In this document: positions 14,400 to 35,830 of the stretch, in pieces | How positions within the stretch are numbered: position 1 is the first letter of the stretch | Layout of the letters: each line of letters begins with the position of its first letter | Assembly (NCBI RefSeq): GCF_009914755.1 | Contig: NC_060931.1 | Length of the DNA stretch: 64,000 bases | Strand: one strand, 5' to 3' | Origin: the human T2T-CHM13v2.0 reference genome, Homo sapiens | The notes under the pieces: model-generated | The model's input: the letters and a program-made list of their open reading frames with translations, nothing else | Database searches by the model: none | What the model was told of the DNA's origin: nothing | Translations under genes and position numbers: made by a program

Positions 14400-15905
14400 A
14401 TCTCTTTACTATTGCTGGATCAATCCTACCCTTATAGAACATATACCAGTACCTCCTACCTTAAAAAAAAGATTCTCCATTGAACCTATAATTCCCCTCT
14501 ACCAATGCTAATTTCATGATTACACTTCATCACCAGACTTCTCCAAAGCACTTCTTCACACTGTCATCATTTTCTTACTTTAGAGTCACTCTCTTACCCA
14601 CTCTTGTCTGGCTTCTGCCCCTCATCACTCCACCAAGAATTTTTAAAAGAATACCAATAATCTACAAGCTACCCAATGTAATGGATATTTCTCTGTCCAT
14701 ACTGTACTCCATCTCCCAGCTACTTCCAGTAGAAGTTGACTACTTCATCGTTCTTGAAAAAATCTCTTCACCTTTAAGTTATACAACATTCCATGGCTTT
14801 TCCTTAATCGCTCTGTCTCTTTTTCTGTCATCTTTTCCACTTAACATCTGACTGTTCATATTCTCTGGGCTCAGTCCTGCATTTTCTGCTTTTTTTCCTC
14901 TGTTCATTTTTCTCTGTATTCTCTCTTCCTGGAGTTTCGTCCATTCCCCTGGCTTGAAATACCATCCATATGACCATGATACCACATTTAAACCTCTAGC
15001 TAGATAGTTCAGATATACTAATTTTTTTTCCCCTGTAACTCTGTTCACCCTTTCTTAGCAAATGTTATCACTGCCCACCTACATAGTTGATTAAGCAAGA
15101 ATCTAAAAGTCATACCTGATTCCTCTTTCTCCCTCATTCCCTGTAATTAATCCATAAGCAAGTCTTATTGATCCTACCTCCAAATCTATTTTGAATCTAT
15201 TTATTTACCTTTATCTCCATGGCTCTTACAGTCATCTAGACCTCTTTTATCTGTTGCCTAAGGCTCACCTGTTGGCCTCCTGACCTTCCAGTTTGCCCCC
15301 TTTCAGTAGCCATCTAGCTTCCAGCTGATCTTAAAAGTAAAAGAGATTATGTCAGCTCCTACTTAAAACATTGAAATGATTTCTTATTACATTAGCCAGA
15401 AGGCTCTGTGGCTGTCACATTTCCTGGAGTCAGATCCTGGTTTCCCTACTCTAGCTGTGTCTATCTTGGACAAATTGCTTAATCTCTCTGGAGAATAATA
15501 TGTAGCGGCAAAGTTAAGAAGATGACTCATGTAAAGTTATTACTATGCCTGCCACTCAAGAAGTGTTATTATTATTATTAATGTTCTGTGGCCTGCAAAG
15601 CCCTGTGTGATCAGACATCTGTGGGCTAAGGTATCAGGTTAAATACTTGAGAATGCCTTACTTAATGACTTTCCAAAGTTGGGCTTTCCTTCCATTTGTC
15701 TCTATCTCAACAACCTCTTTATTTACTTTATATTTATCATCATCTGTAATTATCTTTGTCTTTTGTTTCTTGCTTTTCTATTCCCCTAGACTATATGCTT
15801 CATAGAGAGGATCTAAATCTAACTTATTTACCATTGTAACTATAGTACCTCGCACAGTTCTTGTCACATAAAAGGAATTTAATAAATATTTGTTTATTAA
15901 AATAA
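14400..15905 (+). mobile_element. L2 remnants with a MIR fragment (~15420-15575)
   Basis: Pyrimidine-rich L2-like body and L2 tail cacagttcttgtcacataaaaggaatttaataaatatttgtt; boundaries approximate. Confidence 0.65.
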
Positions 15906-16697
15906 TTACTGAATCTCACATTCTTGGCAAGACCTTTGGAGGTTGACTTTTTCATCAGTTTTTCATTTTGATTCAATTTGACTTTGAATATAACATCTGT
16001 TTATAATGCAGGGATCTGTTTTATATGTCATGAGGGAGAATTTTCTTATATCCCCTTTCAGTAGTTTCTTACATTAAATTGGGGGAAGAGAACAAGCATG
16101 CCAATAATGAAATTTCTTTGGTTTATAAGACAAGCTTTCTCATATTTTAATATTGTGCTTTCAAATATGTAGGATAACTTCTGACTCCCACAAAAGGAAA
16201 ATTTGAAACATCACATTAGATAGTATCAACATAATTTATATTTATTATTCACCTTGGATCCCATCCAGAGGATATTTGTTATTGAACTACTTAAAATTCC
16301 TTAAAATATTCTTACAGAATGGACACCAAGGTGGCATTATAGGAATATATTTCAATTAGAGTTAAATTATATGTGGTAAAAGAAAAGCATATTCTTATAA
16401 GGGCATTATTTTAAATACTTTTCTAGTCACTAATGTTTTTCTAATCAACATATAAATACTTGGAAACGGTGGTATACCTAATAAGATCAGGAAGTTTTTT
16501 TCCCAGATCACAGTAGTATCAAATAGTTGCTTGTAATTTTTCCTCACTTCTGTAATATAAAACTATATTTAAAGGTATAGTCTCTAATATAAAAATCTTT
16601 AAATGGAAGTTTCATATGTATTTTTTACTTTGGTACTTTCAACATTTATAATATGTTGAACTTAAGCAGTACAATGTTTTGGTTAGATTCTTCTCAT

Positions 16698-16772
16698 TTA
16701 TACATATACATATATGTATTATATATATTTATATTTATATATGTTATATATATGTATGTGTGTATATATATA

Positions 16773-16808
<36 letters not shown>
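16698..16808. repeat. TA-rich repeat ending in pure (TA)17 at 16775-16808
   Basis: Direct observation; abuts the Alu poly-T. Confidence 0.9.
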
Positions 16809-16826
<18 letters not shown>

Positions 16827-17108
16827 TTGAGAAAGGGTTTTGCTCTGTCACCCAGGCTGGAGTGCAGTGGGACCATCTCAGCTCACTTCAACCTCTGTCT
16901 TCCTGACTCAAGCCATCCTCTCACCTCAGCCTCCCAAGTAGCTGGGACTGCAGGCATGTGCCACCACGTCTGGCTAATTTTTTTGTATTTTTTGTATAGG
17001 TGGGTTTCACCATGTTGCCCAGGCTGATCTCTAACTCCTGGGCTCAAATGATCTGCCTGTTAAGGCTCCAGAAGTGCTGGGATTACAGGCATGAGCCACC
17101 AGGCCTGG
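16809..17108 (-). mobile_element. Alu (AluJ-like)
   Basis: Poly-T then reverse Alu with ctcctgggctcaa. Confidence 0.9.
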
Positions 17109-19671
17109 CATAAAAATTTTCTTTAGAACAAAAAATATTTTTAACTGAAAAAAGGGAATTTTAAGTATATACCTTACTATTATTGGATTAGTCATCTCAG
17201 GCTTTACTCCTGGCTCATTTATTTTATGATCTTGGTTATATAAGCAAAGTTTAATGTTCCAATTTTTCAATGAGGTAAAATGAAAAGGTTGAAATTTTAC
17301 CATCTTTTGGAATATTTGAAAGTATTGACCACAGGAATCAGATTTTTAGTCTAATTATTGATATATTAGTTTGCATAAGAGAAGAAATTAATTTTTCGAG
17401 ACAGCTTCTACCTCTTTCATACACATGAATGAAGTCTTTGATTAAATGATAAAAATATTATCTTCTCAGATCGTTTCAGTTTTCTAAATACTGAATTACT
17501 TTAAAATATATTATCTTAAGCTCAGAAGTACATCTTCTGAAAAATAATGTTTTTCTTAACCAGAACTAATAATTTAAAAGTTCAGCATATAATGGGCAAT
17601 CCTCTTAACTAGCCCTTCCTCTTCCATTTTTCCTTTCCTCTTTTGCTGTTATATTAAATCATATCTTACACTTAAGATATGATTTTTTTCAGTGGAATTA
17701 TTGATTTTACATATAGCAACCATTTTACTTATCTTAAATCATTCGCTTAGAAAATTTACTTATTTACTAATGAGTAAAACTAAAGTGAAAAACTCATTAA
17801 AACATTATTATATGCACACACATAAAAGACCTTTAGTTTTTAAAAAATTTCTCAAACCAGTTAATTTTTTGCCGTGGTGTTCTTCAACACTCCCTAGTAC
17901 AAAGGTGCCATTAGAAAGCAAGCAAGAATAGTTTTGAGCTGATTTTTAGAATGTATTTTTTAAACAATGGTAGGTTCAAGATGAGGAATAAAAGAAGTAG
18001 ACCTTTTCTTATATAAGAAGTACTAGGAATAATGGGTTATTGGCAGTATCAAAAAAACAAGATTCTTTTCCAAATTCATATGTCTCATAGAATTTAGTGG
18101 TCTGAAACCATTAGAAGCATAGTTCTTCCAGGGGTTAATAATATATTCTGCCAATAGCCAACTTAGTTATTGGACCAGGGACAAAGTCTCAAACATACAT
18201 ATTTGTCTAAATATTTTACCTTTCTGCAGGACACCTCAGTAGAATATGTAAAAAAATCCTTCCATTTATTTTACTAATTTTGTTAGGCCAGAAGTTTTCA
18301 TTTTTCTCCTTTTATATAAATCAGTAAAAGCAATTTCAGTAGGTCCAAGAAAATAAAAAACATTTATTCCAAGCCAGTCTCCCCACTGTATTTGTTTGCA
18401 GCCTTACATCTGTCAGAGAGTAAATAGTTGACTATTTTTTCCATTTTGTACTTTTTATTCATTTAATATTCCTTATGAACCATACCATACATTAAGTTCT
18501 TTTAAAATATTTTTGTTTTACGAAACGTAGATTTAATAGAAGATATAGGACTTAAAGAAGAATTGGGTAGCCTTCTTAAGCAATTCATCTAACATGAGCT
18601 TGTGCAAATTGTTTTAAACTTTTCCTGATGGTAAATTTGAAACTAATGATTCCTTCTGCCTTTAATTTATGGGTTTTTTTGCAAGTATCAAGTAATATGT
18701 TTGTAAAAATACTTAGTAAGCTGTGAACAACAATTCAAAATTGATGGTAGGATTATGAGCATATTGAAATTTTTTGCAGAATTTATAAACTCAGAAATAC
18801 TGAAAAGAGCAAGACCTTTGATTTACTAAAATGTTTCATTTTAGTTAATGGGGTGGTATAGAGTGGTGTTCACTCTCTTATATGTAATATAAATACTTAT
18901 AGCAGTGTGATCATCCCTGGTTACTGATATAAACTAGATTTTACATAGTACTACGTTTTAAAAGAAGTAGATTAAATGATTTTACATTCATTTTTGGAAA
19001 AATACCTTAGGGCCACATAATGATTTTTCTTTCAAAAATATTTTAAAAACTAATGATAACTAAAATGTAAAGCTTTACAGGAATTAACAAAGATACATTC
19101 ACATTCCCATTTTTGTCAAGGAGATATTGAATACTTTCTTTTTCATATGCAGCCACCTTGGTAGCCCATCTGCTTTATTAGGATTGCACTATTAAGGTTA
19201 CCATAAATTACTAACAAGTATGCCTCCCAAATTCTTAACTTACTCAGTAATCTTTGCAATTATAGAAAAACAGAACTTAATTTTATCTTATTTATTAGAA
19301 CTCAAGTCTACTTCATTTTGAAAATAGGTAAATACAGATGACTCTGAATTTGCCACCTTTCACTTTACATTTATATTGCTTCACTATTAAGGAAAAATGC
19401 TGGCACTCTAGACCCATTGAAAGACTCACTTGGGGGTTTCTTTTTAGGAGAGCTGGAAACAGAGAATTCTTTTTGTTATATTGGCAGGTTTTAGTTTCTT
19501 CAGGGATTTGTTGTTGTTGTTTTGTCTCTTTATTTTGGTCTAAATATCTTCAAAACTTCAGTGATGGAAATATGTTTTTTTTAAAAATACAAATTAAATA
19601 AAATTTAGCTCTTCCTACAATAGTTTGGGCTCTAAATGATTTCTCTCGATCAAACTTCCATTTATTTTTAA

Positions 19672-19836
<165 letters not shown>

Positions 19837-20835
19837 TAATAGTTTCTACTTATGATTTTTTTCTTTCAGTTGTCTAAGTAAAGCACACAGTTGGATATTG
19901 TTATTTGATTCATGTTGTTCTCTTTCAAATGACATCAGTTTGTTTTCTAAATGAGTTTGCTCTCAGAAAAGAGACTGCCTGAAACTTAATGAATTGATAG
20001 GCTTGCTCTGTAGCTTGGATAAAAAGAAAACTTAGACTATATCCCATTCCCCAACAGCCCCCTCCCTAATGAAGGAAGGCTTTGAATCTTATCTCTTAGT
20101 ATTTTTCAGCTACTGCTTTAAAATTAAAAGAAATAGACTTAAAGTAGTTTCAAAGCCAGAAAGATTCTCATTATCTCACGTGTTGAGATAAGATCCTGAG
20201 AGGCTATCTTGGGTATCTTACGTCTCTTATGTTATGTATGGAGAATATTAAAAAAAAAAATTGTTAAAATTTACTTTTATTGTCAACAAGATGAACTGGT
20301 TCTACACTAAAATAACAAGTGCTAAAAATGGGCAATACAAGTTCTTTTTAGATTTATAGACACTTTTTTTGCATTTCTTTAATCGATCCCAGATTTTACA
20401 TTATATTGAAAGTAAAAGGTTTGTCTATAAGAAAACTCAAACACAAGGAATGAAGGAAATATTATATTTTTATTGAAATATAACATTTGAAAATTCAGGA
20501 ATATTAACAAAATAAGTATAAGACAAATGAAATTCTACTTTTGAGTCTTGATAAAAATAATGCTGTTCGTTTTCACTGAAGTTATCTTTTATAGTAAAGC
20601 ACTTCCTTTTCTAAATATTTGTCACTTGACAAGTCTAACTTTATTAAAATTTAATAAGCTAGTATTAGGTTTAATTAGCTTAATTGTGGAGGATGAACAT
20701 GATAGATGGAATGTGAAGGTTGTCTTTTTGATCCCTCTATGGATGTTAACTTTTTATATCACGTCACTAGCTCTGTCTAAATTTGTTACAGTCTTGTTTT
20801 GTTTGTTTGTTGTTTTATTGTTTTAAAAAAAACAA

Positions 20836-21221
<386 letters not shown>

Positions 21222-21385
21222 TCATTGGTATTGAAGGTAGAATATTTTATTCAGGCGTTTATTTCTGACAAGTAACAATTAAATTGCAAACAAAAAAATT
21301 CGCTTGCCATTTGATGAGAGAAACGTCTCTGGCAAGAGATTTTTCATGAAACTTAACTTTGATTTAAAATTTTATATATTAATAG

Positions 21386-21505
<120 letters not shown>

Positions 21506-22488
21506 TGAGATATGTTTTTTAAAATCTTATTTAAAATTGAATGTCTTGTGCAATGTTTGTCTGATCAAAACTACTTTGTACTAAATATTCGTTCCAATAT
21601 CAGAAATCATTAAAGGGTACAAGCTTCAGTTGCATTTTTAGTATTTATTATTTAAAAAGCACACACCTTTTATGTAAATATACACTTTTTAACATAATTG
21701 TAATCCTAGCATCTAGTTTTTTAAAATAACAAAAACATTTATTCATATTGCTGTAGTCATTATAATAACTTTAATAGATCTGAAATAGTCTACTGAGATT
21801 TTGAAACTATAATTCAGTATTTAGATTGTTTTCCATTTTTTCTCATAAAAAAGGATAAATAACATTTTATGCATATCAATTTTCCTTTTGTTTTCATTGT
21901 AAATTGTCGGAGCTATCCAGATAAATTATCTGAAAAATCTGATGACTCTTAAAATATGTCTTTTAAAGAGTTGTAGCAATTTATTCTGTTACCAATACTG
22001 TGTGAGAATTCTGGATTTCCCACAATCTCATCAGCATTAAATAATAATTAATGACATCTATGTATGTTTCTAAGGTCTGCTTGAAAGATTATTTCCTGAC
22101 TAGAATGATGATCTTTATATACTTCTTTATTTTTCCATAAATTATTGGGGTTCAGGTGGTATTTGATTACATGAGTAAGTTCTTCAGTGGTGATTTGTGA
22201 GATTTTGGAACACCCATCACCTGAGCAGTGTACACTGCACCATATTGTTGTCTGTTATCCCTCACCCCCTCCCACTCTTCCCCACAAGTCCCCAAAGTCC
22301 ACAATATCATTCTTATGCCTTTGCGTCCTCATGGCTTAGCTCCCACGTATAAGTGAGAATATACGATGTTTGGTTTTCCATTCCTGAGTTACTTCACTTA
22401 GAATAATAGTCTCCAATCTCATCCAGGTCATCACAAATGCTGTTAATGCATTCCTTTTTATGGCTGCGTAGTATTCCATCATAGATAA

Positions 22489-22490
<2 letters not shown>

Positions 22491-22534
<44 letters not shown>
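22491..22534. repeat. (AGAT)11 tetranucleotide STR
   Basis: Direct observation. Confidence 0.95.
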
Positions 22535-22535
<1 letters not shown>

Positions 22536-22541
22536 TCATGG

Positions 22542-23102
<561 letters not shown>

Positions 23103-26100
23103 ATAACACAGTTTCTTTATCCACTTGATTGATGAGCATTTGGGTTGGTTCCACGATTTTGCAGTTGCGAATTGTGCTGCTATAAACATGCGTGTGCAAG
23201 TATCTTTTTCAAATAATAACTTATTTTCCTCTGGGCAGATACCCAGTGGTGGGATTGATGGATCAAATGGTAGTTCTACTTTTAGTTCCTTAAGGAATCT
23301 CCATGCTGTTTTCCATAGTGGCTGTACTAGTTTATATTACCACCAGCAGTGTAGAAGTGTTCCCTGTTTGCTGCATCCACACCAACATCTACTGTTTTTT
23401 GATTTTTTTTATTATGGCCATTCTTGCAGGAGTAAGGTGGTATCACATTGTTATTTGATTTGCATTTTGCTGATCATTAGTGATGTTGCGCATTTTCATA
23501 TGTTTGTTGCCATTTGTATATCTTCTTTTGAGAATGGTCTATTCATGTCCGTAGCCCACTTTTTGATGGGATTGTTTGGTTTTTTTCATACTGATTTGTT
23601 TGAGTTGTTTGTAGATTCTGGATATTAGTCCTTTGTCAGATATATAGGTTGTGAAGATTTTCTCCTCCTCTGTGGGTTGTCTTACTCTGCTGACTGTTCC
23701 TTTTGCCGTGCAAAAGCTCTTTAGTTTAATTAGGTCCCAGCTATTTATCTTTGTTTTTGTTGCATTTGCTTTTGAGTTCATGGTCATGAAATCCTTGCCT
23801 AAGCCAATATCTAGAAGGGTTTTTCCAAAGTTATCTTGCAGAGTTTTTATAGTTTCAGGTCTTAGGTTTTAGTCCTTAATCCATCTTGAGTGATTTTTGT
23901 ATAAGGTGAGAGATGAGGATCCAATTTCATTCTCCTTCATGTGGCTAGCCAGTTATCCCAGCATCATTTGTTGAAAAGGGTGTCCTTTCTCCACTTTATA
24001 TTTCTGTTTGCTTTGTCGTAGATCAGTTGGCTGTAAGTATTTGGGTTTATTTCTGGGTTCTCTATTCTGTTCCACTGGTCTATGTGCCTATTTTAATACC
24101 AGTACCACACTGTTTTGGTGACTAGGGCCATATAGTATAGTTTGAAATCAGATAGGGTGATGTCTCCAAATTTGTTCTTTTTGCTTAGTCTTACTTTGGC
24201 TATGTGGGTTCTTTTTTGGTTCCATATGAATTTTAGAATTTTTTTTCTAATTCTATGAAGAATGGTGGTGGTATTTTGATGGGAATTGCATTGAGTTTGT
24301 AGATTGCTTTTGGTAGTATGGTCATTATTCACAATATTGATTCTACCCATCCATGAGCATGGGATGTGTTTCCATTTGTTCATGTAATCTGTGATTTCTT
24401 TCAGCAGTGTTTTGTAGTTTTCCTTGTAAAGGTCTTTCAACTCCTTGGTTGAATATATTCCTAAGTACTTACTTTTATTTTGTTTTTCAGCTATTGTAAA
24501 AGGGATTGAGTTCTTGATTTGATTCTCCACTTGGTTGCTGTTGGTATATAGAAGAGTTACTGATTTGTGTACATTAATATTGTATCTAGAACCTTTGCTG
24601 AATTCTTTTATCAATCATAGGAACTTTCTGGAGGAGTCCTCAGGGTTTTCAAGGTAAACGATCATATCATCAGCAAACAGTGACAGTTTGACTTTCTCTT
24701 TACCGATGTGGATGCTCTTTATTTCTTTCTCCTGATTGCTCTAGCTAGGACTTCCAGTACTATGTTGAAGAGGAGTGGTGAGAGTGGACATCTTTGTCCT
24801 GTTCCAGTTCTCAGAGGGAATGCTTTTAAGTTTTTCTCATTCAGTACTATGTTGGCTGTGGGTTTGTCATAGATGGCTTTTATTACATCAAGGTAGGTCC
24901 CTTGTATGCCGATTTTGCTGACATTTTTAATCATAAAGGGATGTGCTGGATTTTATTGAATGCTTTTTCTGCATCTATTGAGATGATCATGTGATTTGTG
25001 TTTTTAGTTCTGTTTATGTGGTGTACCACATTTATTGACTTGCATATGTTAAAGCATCCCTGCATCCCTGGTATGAAACCCACTTGATCATGATAGATTA
25101 TCTTTTTGATATGTTGTTGGATTCAGTTAGCTAGTATTTTGTTAAGGATTTTAGCATCTATGTTCATCAAGAATATAGGTCTGTAGTTTTCTTTTTTGAT
25201 TATGTCCTTTCCTGGTTTTGGTATGAGGGTGATGCTGGCTTCATAGAATGTATTAGGGAAGGTTCCTTCTTTCTCTATCTTATGGAATAATGTCAAAAGG
25301 ATTGGTACCAATTCTTTGAATGTCTGGTAAAATTCTGTGAATCCATCTGGTCCTCAGCTTCTTTTTTGTTGGTAATTTTTTAATTATCATTTCAATATTC
25401 CTGCTTGTTATTGGTCTGTTCAGCGTATCTAATTCTTCCTGAAATAAGCTAGGAGGGTTGTATTTTTCCATGAATTTATCCATCTCATCTAGGTTTTCTA
25501 GTTTATATGCATAAAGGTGTTCATAGTAGCCTTGAACGATCTTTTGTTTTCAGTGGTGTCAGTTGTAATATCTCGTTTCATTTCTTAGTGAGGTTATTTT
25601 CTATTTTCTTTTCTTGGTTAATCTTGCTGATGGTCTATCAATTTTATTTATCTTTTCAAAGAACCAGCTTTTTGTTTCATTTATCTTTTGTATTTTTTTG
25701 TTTCAATTTCATTTAATTCTGCTCTGATCTTGGTGATTTTCTTTCTTCTGCTAGGTCTGTGTTTGATTTGTTCTTGTTTCTCTAGTGCCTTGAGGCATGA
25801 CCTTAGAACGTCAGTTTGTACTCTTTCAGTCTTTTTGATATAGGTATTTAGGGCCATGAACTTTCCTTTTAGCACCGCCTTTGCTGTATCCGAGAGGTTT
25901 TGATAGGTTGTGTCATTATTGTTGTTCAGTTTGAAAAATTTTTTATTTCCATCATTATTTTGTTTTTGACTCAATGCTCATTAAGGAGCAGGTTATTTAA
26001 TTTCCATGTACTTGCATGGTTTTGAAGGTTCCTTTTGCAATTGACTTCCAGTTTTATTCCAATGTAGTCTGAGAGAGTGCTTGATATAATTTCAATTTTC

Positions 26101-29100
26101 TTAAATTTATTGAGGTTCATTTTATGGCCTATCATATGGTCTATCTTGGAGAAAGTTCCATGTGCTGTGGGATAGAATGTGTATCCTGCAGATGTTGAAT
26201 GAAATGTTCTGTATATATTTGTTAAGCCCATTTGCTCCAAGGTATAGTTTAAATCCATTGTTTCTTTGTTGACTTTCTGTCTTGATGACCTCTCTAGTGC
26301 TGTCAGTGGAGTAGTGAAGCCCACCCACCCACAGCAACTATTATTGTGTTGCTGTCTATCTCATTTCTTATGTCTATTAGTAATTGTTTTATACATTTGG
26401 GAGCTCCAGTGTTTGGTGCTTATACATTTAGGATTGTGATATTTTCCTGTTGGAAAAGGCCTTTTACTATTGTATAATGTACTTCTTTGTCTCTTTTACC
26501 TGCTGTTGCTTTAAAGCTTGTTTTGTCTGATATAAGAATAGCTACTCCTGCTCACTTTTGGTGTCCATTTGCATGAAATGCCTTTTTCCACCCCTTTACT
26601 TTAAGTTTATGTGAGTCCTTATGTGTTAGGTGAGTCTCCTGAAGGCAGAAGATGGTTGGTGAGTTCTTATCCATTGTGCAGTTCTGTATCATTTAAGTGG
26701 AGCTTTTAGGCCATTTACATTCAATGTCAGTATTGAAATGTGAGGTACCCTTGCATTCATTGTGCTCTTTGTTGCCTGTGTACTTTGGTTATTTGTTTGT
26801 TTTTTATTTTTGCTTTTTAACTTGTAATTTTCTCTGGTCCCTCCATGATTAGCGTAATGACTAACCTCCTGAATTCTTTTTCAGGTAAATCAGGGATTTC
26901 TTCTTGGTTTGGATCCATTGCTCATGAGCTAGTATGATTTTTTGGGTGTGTTGAAGAGGCTTGCTTTGTTATATTACCAGGGTTGGTTTTCTGGTTCCTT
27001 CTCATTTGGGTAGCCTCTGTCAGAGGGAAGGTCTAGGGCTGATGGCTGTTGTTCAGATTCTTTTGTCCCACGGGGTGTTCCCTTGATGTAGTACTCTCCC
27101 CCTTTTCCTATGGGTGTGTCTTCCTGTGAGCCTAGCTGTAGTGATTGTTGTCTCTCTTCTGGGTCTAGCCACTCAGTGAGTCTACTTGGCTCTTGGCTTC
27201 TACTGGGGGGGTGTGTGCACAGAGTCCTGTGATGTGAGCCATCTATGGGTCTCTCAGCCGTGGATACCAGCGCCTGTTCTGGCGGAGGTAGCAGGGGGGT
27301 GAGGGGTTGCAATGGACTCTGTGAGGGTTGTTAGCTTTGGTGGTTTAATGCTCTATTTTTGTGCTGATTGGCCTCTTGCCAGGAGGTGGCGCATTCCAGA
27401 GAGCATCAGCTGTGGTAGTATGGGGAGGAACCAGTGGTGGGCGGGACCCTAGAACTCCCAAGATTATATGCCCTTTGTCTTCCGCTGCCAGGGTGGGTAG
27501 GGAAGGACCATCAGGTGGGGGCAGGGCTAGGCGTGTCTGAGCTCAGACTCTCCTTGGGCGGGTCTTGCTATGGCTGCTGTTGGGGATAGGAGTGAGATTC
27601 CCAGGTCACTGGAGTTGTGTACCTAGGAGGATTATGGCTGCCTCTGCTGAGACCTGCAGATTGTCAGGGAAGTGGGGGAAAGCAGGCAGTCACAGGCTTC
27701 ACCCAGCTCACATGCAAACCAAAAGGCCAGTCTCACTCCCACCATGCCCCTGCCAACAGCCCAAGTCTGTTTCCAGGCAGAGGGTGAGACAGGCTTGAAA
27801 ACCTGCCACAGGCTACCCGCCTCCCAGGTGCAAAAGAAAAGAGCTTGGTTCTCCCCTGCCTGTGGAGTCTGCACACTGGATTTGCGCTCTTCCCCGAGTT
27901 CTGGCCAGGAGGCTTCTCACCTCGTTCAAATTTTTGCAGAGTTCAGCTAGAGATTTCCTTTTCCCTGTGGAGTTTTAGCCCCTGCTCCTCTGGCTGCCCT
28001 CCCTTTGGATCCCTGTGGTACAGGCAGGAATGGCCTTCTTGGGCACCCAGCGAGCTCCCAGGGCCTTTCTGCTGCTTCCCCTACCCCTGTATTTTGCTCG
28101 GCTCTCCAGATTGACTCAGCTCCTGGTAGAGTCAGAAACTTCTCCCACAAACAGACCTTCAGCTTCTCCAGTGGGGGTGTGTGTTTGGGAGAGGCGGGGT
28201 TCTCCCTTTCCCACTTCCGCAGTTGGGGCACCCACGGTATTTGGCAAGGGGGTCTTCCAGGTCCTGCAGGAGCAGTCCACTCCTTCAGAGGGTCTGTGGG
28301 TCCTCTCGGGATTGGTAGGCTTTTTCTTACAGTCGATCTGGAGCTAAAATTCACAATGCAAGCCTCCGCAGGCTGCTCTGTCTAGAGCTGACATCTAGTC
28401 CTGCTTTCTGTCCTCCATGATGATCTACAATCTTTATATACTTCTAAAATTTTATAATCATGGCAAAGCTATAAGCTATTCTGTATGTGTATAAAATATG
28501 TATATATGTCACACATACACACACACACATTCAAAATGCATTTATTGAGTGCCTAACCATAGGACAAAAATTTTCCTAGATGCCAGGGATACTTAGATGT
28601 CAAGAGTATAGGAACTTTATGAATTTCTAAAAAAGAACACAGTCCCCATTCTCAAGATAATTACCATCTAGTAAGAGAAGTCACTAATATTTCAAAGCTG
28701 AGGAGGGAAGGTATTTTGGATGGTGAGGGAAAAAGAAGAATAGAGTGTAATGACACCGTGATTTCTAATTTGGGTAAGTGGATTCCTTGGGAAAAGGGAC
28801 AATTGTAGTACAATGTCTAGAAAAGAAATGCAGCAGGATGATGTTTTGAGCAGGCATAAAATTATACTGTTTTGGGATACGTTGGATTACTAGGCACCGC
28901 TGTCTGTATTTTACAAATGAGAAAACTGAAATGCGGAGAGGTTAAATAACTTGTCCTTAGTCACACAACTAGTTTAAGGCAGAGTGGGTAAAATACAAGT
29001 CTGGAATTAAAGAGCAAGATGTCATCTGGAGATAGAGTTTAGTAATCAATATGTAGGTAGTAAGGCTGTATTCAGTGATTTAGGAAATGACTTAAAATAC

Positions 29101-29764
29101 AAAGAGATATGTATTCACACACACTAATTTTCCTCTCCTACTTACATGTAAGATACTGAAGTAATTATTACAGTGTTTTTGAAAGGTACAATAATGGAAC
29201 TTTCTCATGATGTACCATCATAATTAAATTAGTAATATAGATCCTGCATAGCCACTTTTTGTCTGAATTTTTTTAATACAACTTTGTGATGCACTAATCC
29301 AAACATGTATATATACCTTCTTTATAAAATGAAGAATTTCTAACATCTTGTACAAAGGATGCTAAAATGAGAATAGAAATACCAATTCAACCTAGTCATA
29401 AGCCAGTTAGCATCACTAGTCATGGAGTTTTTATTTTTAGAAAAATTTAAACTATCTTAATTGTCATAAAGAACCAATACTTTACAAATCAAATCGCATC
29501 CACAGAAATATACCTGTATTAGACACATTTTTTAAAAATCTACTAGATTTCTAATTTTAAGAAAACATCAGTCCCTCCCCCCACATTGCTGCTTTTAATT
29601 TATTTAGGAAGTAATACATATTCATGGTAGAAAAATTATAAAATAAATAAAGATAGCGGAAAGTTTAAGTCGCTCCTTATCTTACCTTCAAGAAAAGCTG
29701 CTAGAAACATTCTTAACATTTTGATGGATGGCTTTTCAGCTTTTTCTATGCATAGATACAGTAT

Positions 29765-33555
<3,791 letters not shown>

Positions 33556-33788
33556 AGTTGGCCAACAATAGTAGTTGTATCTTTATAGTTGCTTATACTG
33601 AAAACTTTGAAGTCATCCTTAAATTCTCTGCTATAACTCAAATAGGATCCATCAGCAAATTCTTTGTCAACTCCACCTCAATTTAAACCTGGAAATGTAT
33701 GCTAGTCTCCATAGCTGTTCCTCTTACTCCTGTAACTTATTCTACATAGAGGAGCCAGAGTGATCCTTCTGAAATGTAAGATCATTTT

Positions 33789-34017
33789 TGTCACAGGTAG
33801 CGACTATCTGGGGCTGGTATCATGCAGTCAGTAAGAAGAATTTACCAAGACAGTTATATGTATATAAAGGCACATTTATTAAAGAAGGTATAAAAGTACA
33901 TTCCAAGAAAGCAATAGGCAGGTCAGTGGGAGGGGAGCTGACTGCAAGAAGAAGAGTCTTGCTGGGGATTTTATAGAATGGTGCTTGTGCTGAAAAGGGC
34001 TTTGTGCAGTACTGATA
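33789..34017 (-). mobile_element. LTR 3'-half fragment (ERV1-like)
   Basis: Minus strand has TATAAA (33970-33975), AATAAA (33875-33880) and a terminal ..tgaca; cut off by the adjacent L1. Confidence 0.6.
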
Positions 34018-34019
34018 CT

Positions 34020-35830
<1,811 letters not shown>

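Noticed and set aside
16653-17027. Hydrophobic YI-repeat ORFs, and similar Alu-derived ORFs elsewhere
   Set aside because: Translation artefacts of (TA)n, poly-T and antisense Alu sequence.
18215-18260. Possible extra exon after ttttacctttctgcag
   Set aside because: No convincing donor or RUNDC3-like frame follows.
26974-28385. Cluster of overlapping GC-rich ORFs or a promoter-like region
   Set aside because: It lies inside the TSD-bounded L1PB 5'UTR; CpG-poor and with no recognisable protein.
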